A stretch of DNA of 64,000 bases from Minisyncoccota bacterium (GCA_031291955.1 JARLIA010000009.1:1772-65771); one strand, 5' to 3'; counted from the first letter of the stretch, positions 1 through 9,510 are shown. Made by a program: numbers and translations. Notes: generated by a model from the letters alone, not told the origin.

Positions 1-1678
1 AGAGATCAGGCGGCAAGGGCGCGCCGCTGGCTGCCAGGCGAGAAGCGCAGGCGGCTGCTTCGGCATAGTTTTTCTTATTCAGGTCCAGTTGAGCCAAGTC
101 ATAGAGCGCATCGGCGTAACCAGAATTAATATTAAGGGTTTTCCGCCAATTCTCGGCGGCGACATCCAACTTGCCTTGATTATAATAGAGTAGACCCAAG
201 TTGAAATAGACGGCGTCGTAACTAGGATTGACGGCAATCTCGGCTTGATATTCATCTTTGGCCGCCACATCCTGATGCCGACTGGCATCAATAAGGCCCA
301 GATTGTTATGAACCATCGGCTCTTTGGGATTGAGCGTTAAGGCTTTTTTAAAATTCGTCTCAGCCATATCCATGTTGCCGGCCATAAAATACATCGCCCC
401 CAAATTGTTATAGTTAAACGCGTAATCAGGAGCGGTGGCCACTGCGTTTTTCCAAAAACTGAGCTGGTCTTTGTAATAGCGGTTGCGATAAATAGTTACG
501 GAAGAAAAAATCAGAATAAGGATCGCCCCCAAAGCCAAATATTTTTTCTTATGCTTTTCGAAATCCAAAAATTTGAGCGATCCCAAACCCCAGAAGATGA
601 AAATAAATCCGAACATGGGAAGATAGATCCGGTTTTCGGAAAAATCCGCCACCGTGCCGGCGGGTTTGATCAAAGTGAGAACGATGAAGAGAAAAAACCA
701 AGCCGCGCCGAAAATTATCCAACGGTAATTTTTCTTCTTAGCCGAAACAAACCAACCAGCCAAAATGACCAAAGACAGAAAGCCGTAAAGCGAAGTCATA
801 TCTTGAAGAATCGGAAAAACCGATAGATTGAAAGGCAGAATGACTTTTCCTAAAGCAGGGACAAGAGCGGGAAGGTTTTGAAAGATGGACAGCCCGATAT
901 GATAATTAGCATTGCCGATAAAATTACCGAGCACCAAATGCCTCATTATGAACCAAAATAAAAGACCGCTCGTCCAGCCGGCGAGCAATATTCCATATCG
1001 CCTAACATTGACAAACAAATCCCTAAGGCCTTTGAAAATAACCAAGTACGCGACGCAAATAACCGGAAGAATAACAGCTGTTTCTTTGGTAAATAATGCC
1101 AGCAAGAAGAAAGCGAGATGACCGAAATAATATCTCCGGCGAGGATTTTTTAAGTACTCCAGAAAAAACAACAGGGATGGAAAAATAAAGATAGCCAACA
1201 ACGAATCGTTCCGGCCGGAAATGAAGGAAACTGTCTGAGCAGTCAGCGGATGAACGGCGAAAATCAAAGAAAGTATGAAGGAAAACGGACGACCTAAACC
1301 GAATTTTAAAAGCAGTTTGTACAGAAGGCAGATGGCGAAAATATGCAGAAGAAGATTAGAAAAGTGCGACATGAAAACGATCGCGCCCTGGCCAAATTGA
1401 GCATCCCACATAAAAGTCAGCCTTTCGATTGGACGATAAAACGATCCCGCGCCCGCGGGACTGCGAAAAATGTCTTCGCAAAAAGCCTGAAAAATATTCC
1501 CCAAATTCTGATTGAAAGCATAATCCCTTATCACTAAGACATTGTCATCCAGATAGACAATCCCATAAAATAACGTAGGAACATAAACAGCCAGGATAGC
1601 TAGCGCAATCCAAAAATATGGACGCCATGATTCTAAAAACATCCTGAAAAACCAATTGCCGACTTTTTGATTATCCAT
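1..1678 (-). CDS. GT-C family membrane glycosyltransferase (PMT/ArnT-like, polyprenyl-phosphate-sugar dependent) with C-terminal TPR repeats; 5' end of window truncates the C-terminus
   Basis: Read by hand on the minus strand from ATG (complement 1676-1678; alternative start complement 1640-1642, MFLESWRPYFWIALAI...). Continuous open frame of more than 550 codons runs off position 1, which is why the ORF track (complete ORFs only) shows nothing here. The first ~430 aa are multi-pass hydrophobic. The C-terminal part carries clear TPR-type repeats (NNLGAMYFMAGNMDMAETNFKKALTLNP, NLGLLYYNQGKLDVAAENWRKTLNINSGYADALYDLAQL). This architecture matches PMT/ArnT-like 'glycosyltransferase family 39 + TPR' proteins. 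Confidence 0.7.
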   Translation of the reverse strand, partial: MDNQKVGNWFFRMFLESWRPYFWIALAILAVYVPTLFYGIVYLDDNVLVIRDYAFNQNLGNIFQAFCEDIFRSPAGAGSFYRPIERLTFMWDAQFGQGAIVFMSHFSNLLLHIFAICLLYKLLLKFGLGRPFSFILSLIFAVHPLTAQTVSFISGRNDSLLAIFIFPSLLFFLEYLKNPRRRYYFGHLAFFLLALFTKETAVILPVICVAYLVIFKGLRDLFVNVRRYGILLAGWTSGLLFWFIMRHLVLGNFIGNANYHIGLSIFQNLPALVPALGKVILPFNLSVFPILQDMTSLYGFLSLVILAGWFVSAKKKNYRWIIFGAAWFFLFIVLTLIKPAGTVADFSENRIYLPMFGFIFIFWGLGSLKFLDFEKHKKKYLALGAILILIFSSVTIYRNRYYKDQLSFWKNAVATAPDYAFNYNNLGAMYFMAGNMDMAETNFKKALTLNPKEPMVHNNLGLIDASRHQDVAAKDEYQAEIAVNPSYDAVYFNLGLLYYNQGKLDVAAENWRKTLNINSGYADALYDLAQLDLNKKNYAEAAACASRLAASGAPLPPDL

Positions 1679-2576
1679 TTTTTTGAGCAACGATCGTTAT
1701 CACTTCTCCCCAATCGAAAAAATATAAAATTAAATTTACCAAAAAGCACAGAGGGAAAAGCAAGACGAAAAGAAGGGTATGCAAATATATTTTCGGACCA
1801 AATTTTTCTCCGCCGAGCCAGCAGAAAAAGCAATCCTGGGAACCACTTATAAAATTAACCAGGCTTTGCGTCGAGGTAAACGTCGAATATTCCAAAGAAA
1901 AGGTGCGGATTTTTTCTATTTTAAAACCGTATTTCAAAAGTAAAGCGGAAAGAGCGGCGGGCGTGAAGAATGTCAGATGATGTTTCAAATCCAGGCCTAA
2001 CCAATATTTTTCAACCAATCTTCGGCTCCAGGCATTGAAATTTGGCACCTCGATGAGCAATCGGCCATTGTCAGAAAGTAGCTGACTTATTTTTTCCACA
2101 TATTCTTCCGGCTGATTCACATGTTCCAGAATGTGCCAAAGAGAAATCACATCGAAAGTCCGACTAAAATCAATCGCCAACAGATCGCGGTTGTATATTT
2201 CCAACCGCAGTTTCTCCCGGGAAAACCGGTAGGCCGGAAGAGATATTTGCGTACCGACGGCGGTTTCGTAGTGAAAATATTTCTTTAAAAAATACAGTGT
2301 CCATCCCCGGCCGGAACCGATATCTAAAATGCTTCGACTGTCAGATTTCAGGAGGAATATTTTTAAAGCCCTGACAAACCGAAAGGCCTTGACGACGCAT
2401 TCAATGCCGGCTCCGAACCGTCCGCCAGTATCTTCCTGATAATAATCCTGGTAAATTTCCGGGGCAAAACCGCGAATTTTCTGGGAAACAACAACCAATC
2501 CGCAATCTCGACAGCGACGAAGCTCAGCGCCCGAAATTTCCATGGCTACTTCATATTTTTCATGGCAACAAATCAT
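1671..2576 (-). CDS. class I SAM-dependent methyltransferase with N-terminal Cys4 zinc-ribbon
   Basis: Motif I LDIGSGRGW; post-I region VISLWHILEHVNQPEEYV...NGRLLIEVPN. N-terminus has CCHEKYEV...CRDCG. Stop overlaps the start of the downstream GT-C gene by 8 nt, implying translational coupling. Confidence 0.8.
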   Translation of the reverse strand: MICCHEKYEVAMEISGAELRRCRDCGLVVVSQKIRGFAPEIYQDYYQEDTGGRFGAGIECVVKAFRFVRALKIFLLKSDSRSILDIGSGRGWTLYFLKKYFHYETAVGTQISLPAYRFSREKLRLEIYNRDLLAIDFSRTFDVISLWHILEHVNQPEEYVEKISQLLSDNGRLLIEVPNFNAWSRRLVEKYWLGLDLKHHLTFFTPAALSALLLKYGFKIEKIRTFSLEYSTFTSTQSLVNFISGSQDCFFCWLGGEKFGPKIYLHTLLFVLLFPLCFLVNLILYFFDWGEVITIVAQKNG

Positions 2577-2669
2577 ATTTTATTTTTATCTTTATGAAGC
2601 GCGCCGACGATCAACAAAATAATTTTCTAGTTTAGCCCAAGAAAACACACCGCTTCCAAATAATTCGAT

Positions 2670-3395
2670 TCACCCGATTGTGGAACGAAGGACTTTCTTC
2701 AAAAAAAATCCGACCGCCACCCCAAGAGTTAGAATTCCGTACTTTACGCTGGCCCCAAAATCAACCGACGAAGCTTCCGGGAAATACCGGACGGGTACCG
2801 GAATTTCCCCGATCGTGTAACCTTTTTCAATTATCTGGAACAGGGCCTGGCTGTCAAAGACAAAGCCGTCAGAATTGTTTTTGAAATTTATCGCTTCCAA
2901 AACGTCCCGATGGTATGCCCGTAGCCCGGTATGCCATTCGGATAAATTATACCCGCTCAAAACATTTTCCCAAAAAGTCAGGAATCGATTGCCGAAATAC
3001 TTATAAAGCGGCATTCCTCCAGCCAAAGCTTCTTTTCTGGACCGAATGCGGGAACCCAACATCACGTCCGCATATCCTTCCCGGATGAGTCCCACCAAAT
3101 ATTTCACCGCTTTCGGATCATATTGGTAGTCAGGATGGACCATAACGATTATGTCCGCCCCCTTGTCTAATGCCACTTGGTAGCAAGTTTTTTGGTTGGC
3201 GCCATAACCCCGATTGCTCGCGTGGCGGTGGACCGTGAGTCCCAACTTTTCGGCCAGCGCGGCCGTTTCATCCCGGCTGAAATCATCAACCAAAATAATT
3301 TCGTCAACGAGTTCGCGCGGCAAATCGGCGACGGTTTTCTCCAAAGTTTTGGCGGCGTTGTAGGCTGGCAGAACAACAACTGTTTTGAAGTTCAT
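2670..3395 (-). CDS. family 2 glycosyltransferase, polyprenol-phosphate sugar synthase type (Dpm1/ArnC/GtrB-like)
   Basis: VVLPAYNAAKTLEKTV...DEIILVDDFSRDET...VMVHPD: the GT2 DxD/DD signature. 241 aa with a C-terminal amphipathic/TM segment, typical of Dol-P-Man-synthase-like enzymes. Confidence 0.85.
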   Translation of the reverse strand: MNFKTVVVLPAYNAAKTLEKTVADLPRELVDEIILVDDFSRDETAALAEKLGLTVHRHASNRGYGANQKTCYQVALDKGADIIVMVHPDYQYDPKAVKYLVGLIREGYADVMLGSRIRSRKEALAGGMPLYKYFGNRFLTFWENVLSGYNLSEWHTGLRAYHRDVLEAINFKNNSDGFVFDSQALFQIIEKGYTIGEIPVPVRYFPEASSVDFGASVKYGILTLGVAVGFFLKKVLRSTIG

Positions 3396-3463
3396 AAAGT
3401 AAAAAGTTTTTAAATTTTCTTAATTTTACCACACAAACCACTTTTTATGCTAAAATAGTTTAT

Positions 3464-3637
3464 ATGAAAACCCTCATCTTTATCTTCATGTTCATTGGAT
3501 CATCGGCCGGCAGCTATGTGCCGGTACTTTGGGGCGCCGATCTTTTTTCGATGTCATCCGTGTTTTGGGGCGCTGTGGGCGGATTCGTCGGCATCTGGGC
3601 TGGCTGGAAGATGGCCCAAATTCTGGGGATCGAATAG
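3464..3637 (+). CDS. small hydrophobic protein (57 aa, two predicted TM segments), hypothetical
   Basis: ATG 3464 to TAG 3635-3637, read by hand: MKTLIFIFMFIGSSAGSYVPVLWGADLFSMSSVFWGAVGGFVGIWAGWKMAQILGIE. It falls below the 60-aa cutoff of the ORF track and sits in the gap between the GT2 and CPBP genes. Confidence 0.35.
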   Translation: MKTLIFIFMFIGSSAGSYVPVLWGADLFSMSSVFWGAVGGFVGIWAGWKMAQILGIE

Positions 3638-3751
3638 AAAAAACGATAAAATAAAAACTTCCTAACGGTGCTCCAGCGTCCTTTTTGTTTTTCCTAAAAT
3701 TATTTACCCGCTCGTTTGTATTATTTTCAAGATTTCGTATAATTTACAATC

Positions 3752-4600
3752 ATGGAAACTGCCGACGGACAACAAAACAACAAGCACGAAAATGGACCGC
3801 CGCCGAGAAAACAAACCCTCTCCAAGCTAGCCTATTTTTTTGGATTGGCTTTTATTTTGACAGTTATTTCTTCCCAATATTTACATCCAATTAAAAATCC
3901 ACTTGGTTCATTCCTTCTCATCTACGCCATTCCGGCCGTTTTTGTGACCATTGTTTCCGGCTTAGCTATCCTCAAAAAAGCTTTCCGTAATAACCTGGCC
4001 GCTATCGAATGGGGTCTTGCCAGCTGGGGAGTCCTTCTTTCGGGAAGCTACATCATCGACCTGTCTGTTTTCAATCTGCTGTTCGCTTTTGATCCTGGAG
4101 CTTTGGTGTCTCTCAATCGGTCTTTGCCTTTTTCCCATATCGGCCTTTCCCCCTGGTTCATGATCGCGCTATCACTTTTAGTCATCGGGCCAGCTGAAGA
4201 ATATCTTTTTCGCGGCTTTGTTTTTGGCGGCGCGCTCCGGGCCTTTCCCGAACAACATTGGCTGCTCTTAGCCGTTTTGGCCTCCGCCCTTTTCACCCTG
4301 GTCCACTTCTATTATTTTCTCATTTTCGGCCTGGCTTCCGGCATTATCCTGCCTGACATTTTCGCGATTGGCCTGGCCATGAGCGCCACTTATTATTTTT
4401 CTGGCGGAAATCTCCTGATCCCAATCCTCTTGCACGGCCTCTTTGATTCTTTCGGCTTTTTGAGTCTGGCTACCACTGGCGGTTTGGGAGAAAATATGCG
4501 CCTCTTCATGATCGGCGCCGGCCTTTTGATGGCTATTTACCTGGCCAGAAGAAGCTTTCTTCTGTCCAACCATCCTCCCACCTCGGCCTGGGAAACCTAA
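3752..4600 (+). CDS. CPBP family intramembrane glutamic endopeptidase (CAAX protease / Abi family)
   Basis: Motif 1 EEYLFRGF, motif 2 FTLVHF, motif 3 HGLFD, in a 7-8 TM protein. Confidence 0.85.
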   Translation: METADGQQNNKHENGPPPRKQTLSKLAYFFGLAFILTVISSQYLHPIKNPLGSFLLIYAIPAVFVTIVSGLAILKKAFRNNLAAIEWGLASWGVLLSGSYIIDLSVFNLLFAFDPGALVSLNRSLPFSHIGLSPWFMIALSLLVIGPAEEYLFRGFVFGGALRAFPEQHWLLLAVLASALFTLVHFYYFLIFGLASGIILPDIFAIGLAMSATYYFSGGNLLIPILLHGLFDSFGFLSLATTGGLGENMRLFMIGAGLLMAIYLARRSFLLSNHPPTSAWET

Positions 4601-4671
4601 AAAAATATTCCTTGCTAAAGCGGAATATTAAACAAGCACTCTTGGGAATAATTAGAATAATTCATAAAAAT

Positions 4672-5103
4672 ATGATTGAAAAAATTATAAAAACAGAAGA
4701 TGAATGGAAAAAAATTCTGACGCCTGAACAATATGAAGTCATGCGCAAACGCGGTACCGAGGCGGCTTTCTCCTGCCAATGGAAGAGATTAGGAAAAGGC
4801 GTTTATCATTGCGCCGCCTGCGATCTGCCGCTTTTCCGCAGTCAAGAAAAATTCGAATCCGGCACTGGCTGGCCAAGCTATTTCGGTCCAGTCGTACCGG
4901 AAAATATTTCGGAACAAAAGGACCTTTCTTTCGGGATGGAACGGACGGAGGTTCTTTGCGCCCGTTGCGACTCGCACCTCGGACACGTTTTTAACGACGG
5001 TCCGCCGCCCGCCCGCATCGCTACGCGAAGCGTTGCGGGCGGGCCGACAGGGAAAAGGTATTGCATCAATTCGGTAGCTTTGAAATTTAAGTCGGAAAAA
5101 TAA
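4672..5103 (+). CDS. msrB: peptide-methionine (R)-S-oxide reductase MsrB
   Basis: CAACDLPLF...GTGWPSYFGPV...RTEVLCARCDSHLGHVFNDGP (SelR signature with Zn-binding CxxC pairs). Start chosen at the internal Met MIEKII; the ORF track begins at 4612. Confidence 0.9.
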   Translation: MIEKIIKTEDEWKKILTPEQYEVMRKRGTEAAFSCQWKRLGKGVYHCAACDLPLFRSQEKFESGTGWPSYFGPVVPENISEQKDLSFGMERTEVLCARCDSHLGHVFNDGPPPARIATRSVAGGPTGKRYCINSVALKFKSEK

Positions 5104-5142
5104 AAGGGCAAGCAGTATACAATTATCCTCTTAAATAAAATT

Positions 5143-5688
5143 ATGAATACTAATAAAACTGAAATAGCCTACCTCGCCGGCGGTTGCTTTTGGTGTCTGG
5201 AGGCCGCGTATTCGCGTATTCGCGGCGTCGAATCTGTCGTTTCCGGCTACGCCGGCGGAAGCATTGAAAATCCGACTTATGAAGAAGTCTCAAGCGGTCG
5301 GACAGGTCACGCGGAAACGGTTGAAATCTCTTTTGATGCGGCCATTATAACTCTCCAAGAAATTCTGGAAATATTTTTTTCAATCCACAATCCGACCACT
5401 CCAAACCGCCAAGGCCACGACATCGGGTCGCAATACCGGTCGATGATTTTTTACACCGGCGAAACACAAGAGGAAACAGCGAAAAAAATTGTCCAAGAGC
5501 TGGCCGGGCAAAATATTTTTACCGCCCCGATCGTCACCGAGCTAAAGCCCCTCGAAAAATTCTGGCCGGCCGAAGAATATCACCAGCAATATTTCGCAAA
5601 AAATCCCGCGGCCGCTTATTGCCAGATCGTCATTAATCCGAAACTGGACCGCCTTAAGAAAAAATTTGGAAAATATTACAGAGATTAA
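5143..5688 (+). CDS. msrA: peptide-methionine (S)-S-oxide reductase MsrA
   Basis: IAYLAGGCFWCLEAAY...GYAGG...HNPTT...QYRS: the canonical MsrA GCFWC active site. Confidence 0.9.
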   Translation: MNTNKTEIAYLAGGCFWCLEAAYSRIRGVESVVSGYAGGSIENPTYEEVSSGRTGHAETVEISFDAAIITLQEILEIFFSIHNPTTPNRQGHDIGSQYRSMIFYTGETQEETAKKIVQELAGQNIFTAPIVTELKPLEKFWPAEEYHQQYFAKNPAAAYCQIVINPKLDRLKKKFGKYYRD

Positions 5689-5793
5689 ATTCAAATAGCC
5701 AAAAGCTGTATCCAAAAAAACAAGACTTTCCTAGCCTTGTTTTTCTTTCCGTCCTTTCTGCGTTACAATATAGGTGCTAAGTTATAAATTTTT

Positions 5794-6357
5794 ATGCTTC
5801 CGGACGACAAAGAACTGATCGAAAAATATCTGGACGGAGACGACTCCGCTTTTTCGGAATTGCTGGATCTTTATCTGAAGCCGACATACAATTTTCTCTA
5901 CCGCTTCACTGGCAACGCGGCCGCGACCGACGATCTCACGCAAGAAACCTTCATCAAGGTTTGGAAAAATCTCAAGCGCTTTGACCGGGGGAAAAAATTC
6001 AAAACCTGGCTCTTCACCATTGCTAAAAACACCGCCTTTGATTATCTCAAAAAAAAGAAAACCATCCCCTTTTCCAGCTTCACTGGCGAAGAAGATAATA
6101 ACTATCTGGAAAACATCAGTGAAGATTCAGCTCTTCCTGATGAACTGCTGGAAAAAAAAGACCTGGCCGAAGAATTGGATGGAAAGCTAAAACAATTGCC
6201 CAAGCAATATGAATTGATTCTGGTTATGCGTTATAAAGACGATTTTTCACTCGCCGAAATTGCGGAAATTTTAGAACTGCCCTACAACACGGTCAAATCC
6301 CAACACGCCCGAGCGCTGGCCGGACTGAAAAAAATACTCGAGGACGGCAAGCCCTAA
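5794..6357 (+). CDS. RNA polymerase ECF-type sigma-70 factor (sigma-24 family)
   Basis: Region 2 (DLTQETFIKVWKNLKRFD...FKTWLFTIAKNTAFDYLKKKK) and region 4 HTH (LAEIAEILELPYNTVKSQHARALAGLKK). Confidence 0.9.
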   Translation: MLPDDKELIEKYLDGDDSAFSELLDLYLKPTYNFLYRFTGNAAATDDLTQETFIKVWKNLKRFDRGKKFKTWLFTIAKNTAFDYLKKKKTIPFSSFTGEEDNNYLENISEDSALPDELLEKKDLAEELDGKLKQLPKQYELILVMRYKDDFSLAEIAEILELPYNTVKSQHARALAGLKKILEDGKP

Positions 6358-6408
6358 AAACGTCGGCCTTCCCGCACCCAAAAACCCCTGTGTCTCGTAT
6401 ACATTAGT

Positions 6409-6825
6409 ATGAACGAAAAATTGCGCCACCTGATCCAGAATATGCCCGAGAAAGAACCGGCCGAAAAGCTCAAAACGGCCATTTTGACGCGGATTGAGCG
6501 GGAAAGAACCAGGGTCATCAAAAGAAAACTTTGGCTGTCATACGCAGCCATCGCGCTCTCGACGGCAGCCATCCTTTACGCCTTATTTACAGCTGGCAAC
6601 GCCTTGATCCACTCCGAATTCTGGAGCCTGGCCACCCTCACCTTCTCCGACGCCCTGACGGTGGCGCGTGACTGGAAGGATTTCCTTTATTCCCTTTTGG
6701 AAACTTTGCCGGTTTTCGACCTCTCGGCGCTCATTGTTCCAATCGCAGCCCTTTTCCTTTCTTTGAGTTTTTACGCTGGCATTCGGAATGATTTCCCGGG
6801 CAAGGGCTTCGGCAATCCAGCCTAA
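6409..6825 (+). CDS. putative anti-sigma factor (single-pass membrane protein immediately downstream of the ECF sigma)
   Basis: The N-terminal cytoplasmic helix is followed by a TM segment (LWLSYAAIALSTAAILYALF). Its position 51 nt after the sigma gene is the classic sigma/anti-sigma arrangement. No recognisable ZAS motif. Confidence 0.5.
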   Translation: MNEKLRHLIQNMPEKEPAEKLKTAILTRIERERTRVIKRKLWLSYAAIALSTAAILYALFTAGNALIHSEFWSLATLTFSDALTVARDWKDFLYSLLETLPVFDLSALIVPIAALFLSLSFYAGIRNDFPGKGFGNPA

Positions 6826-6913
6826 TATTGCAACAAATCGAGCTATGGCTGCGTATAAATTCGGTCGAGCAATAATTTGCTAATTTTAATAATCAATCTA
6901 TTATATATATCAT

Positions 6914-7474
6914 ATGGAAAACCACACTCCCGGGAAAGAAACGAAACCCCTCACTCTCCAACCGGAAAAAAACAAGAAAGTCGACCACTCCAAGATTTAT
7001 CGAACAGCCGCTATTACCGTCGGCGCCATTTTCTTGGCTATTCTTATTTTCGCTGGCGGCGTGGTAGTCGGCCTCCGAAAGGCCCGCTTCTCCTACAGTT
7101 TCGGCCAGAATTATGAACGCAATTTTGTCGGTATGCGTGGACCCATCCGCGGCGGAATGACTCCCGAAGGTCCGGGCTTCCGCGACGCGCACGGACTGGC
7201 CGGCACCATCATTTCTGTCGCGGGTAACAATATCGTAGTCAAAGACCGGAGCGGTCAGGAAAACACCGTCAGCGCGACTGACAAAACACTTATTAAATAT
7301 CAAGGGAACAATCTGAAGATTGGCGATTTGAAACAGAACGAGCAGATTGTGATTTTAGGGCGTCCCAGTTCCAATGGTACCGTTAGCGCCGACCTGATTC
7401 GGGTTTTCGATAATCTTCCGCCGGACACCAATAATCAGGCAAGTAATAATCAAATTAACCCAAGTAACCAATAG
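6914..7474 (+). CDS. membrane-anchored secreted protein with DUF5666-like beta domain
   Basis: N-terminal TM (AAITVGAIFLAILIFAGGVVVG), a Gly-rich linker, then GTIISVAGNNIVVKDRSGQENTVSATDKTLIKYQGNNLKIGDLKQNEQIVILGRPSSNGTVSADLIRV. This aligns with the gene at 10788-11288. Confidence 0.55.
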   Translation: MENHTPGKETKPLTLQPEKNKKVDHSKIYRTAAITVGAIFLAILIFAGGVVVGLRKARFSYSFGQNYERNFVGMRGPIRGGMTPEGPGFRDAHGLAGTIISVAGNNIVVKDRSGQENTVSATDKTLIKYQGNNLKIGDLKQNEQIVILGRPSSNGTVSADLIRVFDNLPPDTNNQASNNQINPSNQ

Positions 7475-7476
7475 CT

Positions 7477-8673
7477 ATGAAAAAGAAATCCTATGTGTAT
7501 TTGGCGATCGCTGTCTTCGCGGTAATCGCAGCTTACTACGGCTGGACTAAAACCCATTCCAACCAAAACCAAACCCAATACCGCACCGAAGCAGCCACAC
7601 AAGGCACCCTAGTTACTTCCGTGTCGGCTTCCGGCAACGTAGTCGTCAATACCAGCGCTTCGATCGACCCGGATATCACCGGCACCGTCGCTAGTTTAGC
7701 CGTTCAAGTTGGTGACCAGGTCAAATCCGGCCAGCCGCTTTTTACAATTGTCAATGATCAGCTGGGCGTCAGCGTTAGCCAGGCCCAATCTTCTTATCAA
7801 TCCGCAACGTCGTCTCTCATTTCCGCCCAAACCGGCATCACTTCCGCCAAAGCCAGCGAGAAAGACACCCAAAAAAGCACCACTTCCAACCATCAAGACA
7901 AACTGGCCGCCAGCGCCAAAGTCACTTCCGCCCGGGCTTCCGTGACATCTGCCGGGGAGAGCTTGGCCAGCGCTTCCGCCGATCTGGCTTACGCCCAACA
8001 GCAAGCGGCCAAGAGAAACGTCACTTCTCCAATCAACGGTACTGTCAACGTAGTCAACGTCAAAAACGGCGACGATTTGAGCCGCATCACTGGTTCCGGC
8101 TCTAACGCACAGGCGGCCATCGTTATCGGCGATATGTCCACTTTGAAAGCCCAGGTCCAAGTTAATGAAGTCGACATTTCTAACGTCAAGATCGGCCAAC
8201 CGGTTACCCTGACTTTCGACGCGCTTCCGGGTTTTACCGCCACCGGTAAAGTAGAAACGATGGATTCGCTCGGCACCGTTAGCTCCGGAGTGGTAACTTT
8301 CAATGTCACCGTCGGTTTTGATCATCTGGATTCGAAAATAAAGCCCGGCATGAGCGTTACCGCCGCCATCATCACCAGCACACAGCAGGATGTTGTCATG
8401 GTTCCGCTCGGCGCGGTTAAGACCGTAAATGGTCAATCTTCTGTCACCGTTCTCAAAAACGGCCAGCCTCAGCAAGTTTCCGTCCAGACCGGCGCGAGCA
8501 ATGATACTGACATTGTCATCACCAGCGGCGTTTCCACTGGCGACCAGGTGGTTACGCAAACAATCACTCCCGGCAGCGCCGCAACCTCAACAACTAGTAG
8601 CAGCTCTTCCGGCCGGAGCGGCGGTGCGACCAGGGGTGGCGGAGGCGGCGGATTAAGAATCTTCGGCGGATAA
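7477..8673 (+). CDS. efflux transporter periplasmic adaptor (HlyD/MacA-type membrane fusion protein)
   Basis: N-terminal TM; biotinyl/lipoyl-like hairpin (GTVASLAVQVGDQVKSGQPLFTIVND...SPINGTVNVVNVKNGD); coiled coil; beta-barrel (AAIVIGDMSTLKAQVQVNEVDISNVKIGQPVTLTFDALPG). Gly-rich C-tail. Starts 2 nt after the upstream gene's stop codon (3 nt between ORF-track coordinates). Confidence 0.85.
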   Translation: MKKKSYVYLAIAVFAVIAAYYGWTKTHSNQNQTQYRTEAATQGTLVTSVSASGNVVVNTSASIDPDITGTVASLAVQVGDQVKSGQPLFTIVNDQLGVSVSQAQSSYQSATSSLISAQTGITSAKASEKDTQKSTTSNHQDKLAASAKVTSARASVTSAGESLASASADLAYAQQQAAKRNVTSPINGTVNVVNVKNGDDLSRITGSGSNAQAAIVIGDMSTLKAQVQVNEVDISNVKIGQPVTLTFDALPGFTATGKVETMDSLGTVSSGVVTFNVTVGFDHLDSKIKPGMSVTAAIITSTQQDVVMVPLGAVKTVNGQSSVTVLKNGQPQQVSVQTGASNDTDIVITSGVSTGDQVVTQTITPGSAATSTTSSSSSGRSGGATRGGGGGGLRIFGG

Positions 8674-8753
8674 AAACGCCAAATCAGTGCGAATGTCAGC
8701 CAATAAGAGCCCTCGGCTTTATTCAAACTCATTCGCTTTAATTAGCTCTACTT

Positions 8754-9476
8754 TTGCGACTTATGATTGAATGCAACGACCTAGTTAAAATATATCGAAA
8801 CGGCGACGTGGAAACCAAAGCCTTGAAAGGGGTTTCTTTCAAGATTGAGGAGGGCGAATTCGTGGCCATCATCGGTCCATCCGGCTCGGGAAAATCGACG
8901 CTCATGCATATCCTGGGCGCGCTGGATACCCCCACTTCAGGAAAATACGTCTTAGACAGCCATGAAGTTTCGCGCTTGAACGACGATCAATTGTCCGACA
9001 TCCGGCGCAACAAGATCGGCTTCGTTTTTCAAGCTTTCAATCTTCTGCCCCGAACGACCGTGCTGCGAAACGTGATGCTGCCACTTCTCTATTCCGACAC
9101 ATCCGCCAAAGAGCGCGAACAAAGAGCGCGGGAATCTCTCCACTACGCCGGAATGGACGAAGATAAAATCAATAATCTTTCTAACCAACTTTCCGGCGGC
9201 CAGATGCAAAGAGTGGCTATTGCCAGAGCCTTGATCAATAATCCGGCCATCATCCTGGCGGATGAGCCGACCGGAAACCTCGACACCAAAACCAGCCAGA
9301 TTGTCATGCAAACCTTCCGGGAATTGAACGACAAAGGCCACACGATTGTTCTCATCACCCACGAGACGGATATCGCCAAATTCTCCGATCGGATCATTTC
9401 GATCCGGGACGGCGTGATTGAAAGCGACGTACGCAACGGCCGCAAAAATACCGTCGTTCAAAAGACCAAACAGTAA
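8754..9476 (+). CDS. ABC transporter ATP-binding protein (MacB/LolD/FtsE-like)
   Basis: Walker A GPSGSGKST, signature LSGGQMQRVAIARAL, Walker B ILADEPTGNLD, H-loop ITHE. Confidence 0.9.
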   Translation: MRLMIECNDLVKIYRNGDVETKALKGVSFKIEEGEFVAIIGPSGSGKSTLMHILGALDTPTSGKYVLDSHEVSRLNDDQLSDIRRNKIGFVFQAFNLLPRTTVLRNVMLPLLYSDTSAKEREQRARESLHYAGMDEDKINNLSNQLSGGQMQRVAIARALINNPAIILADEPTGNLDTKTSQIVMQTFRELNDKGHTIVLITHETDIAKFSDRIISIRDGVIESDVRNGRKNTVVQKTKQ

Positions 9477-9510
9477 AAGATAATTTATTCTTTATTTAAT
9501 CCCCTCTCCT

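Noticed and set aside
7696-8559. 287-aa minus-strand ORF fully inside the HlyD/MacA-type adaptor gene
   Set aside because: It is antisense to a well-supported CDS with clear domain motifs. Its own translation is a low-complexity Gly/Ala/Arg-rich string typical of shadow ORFs in GC-rich coding DNA.
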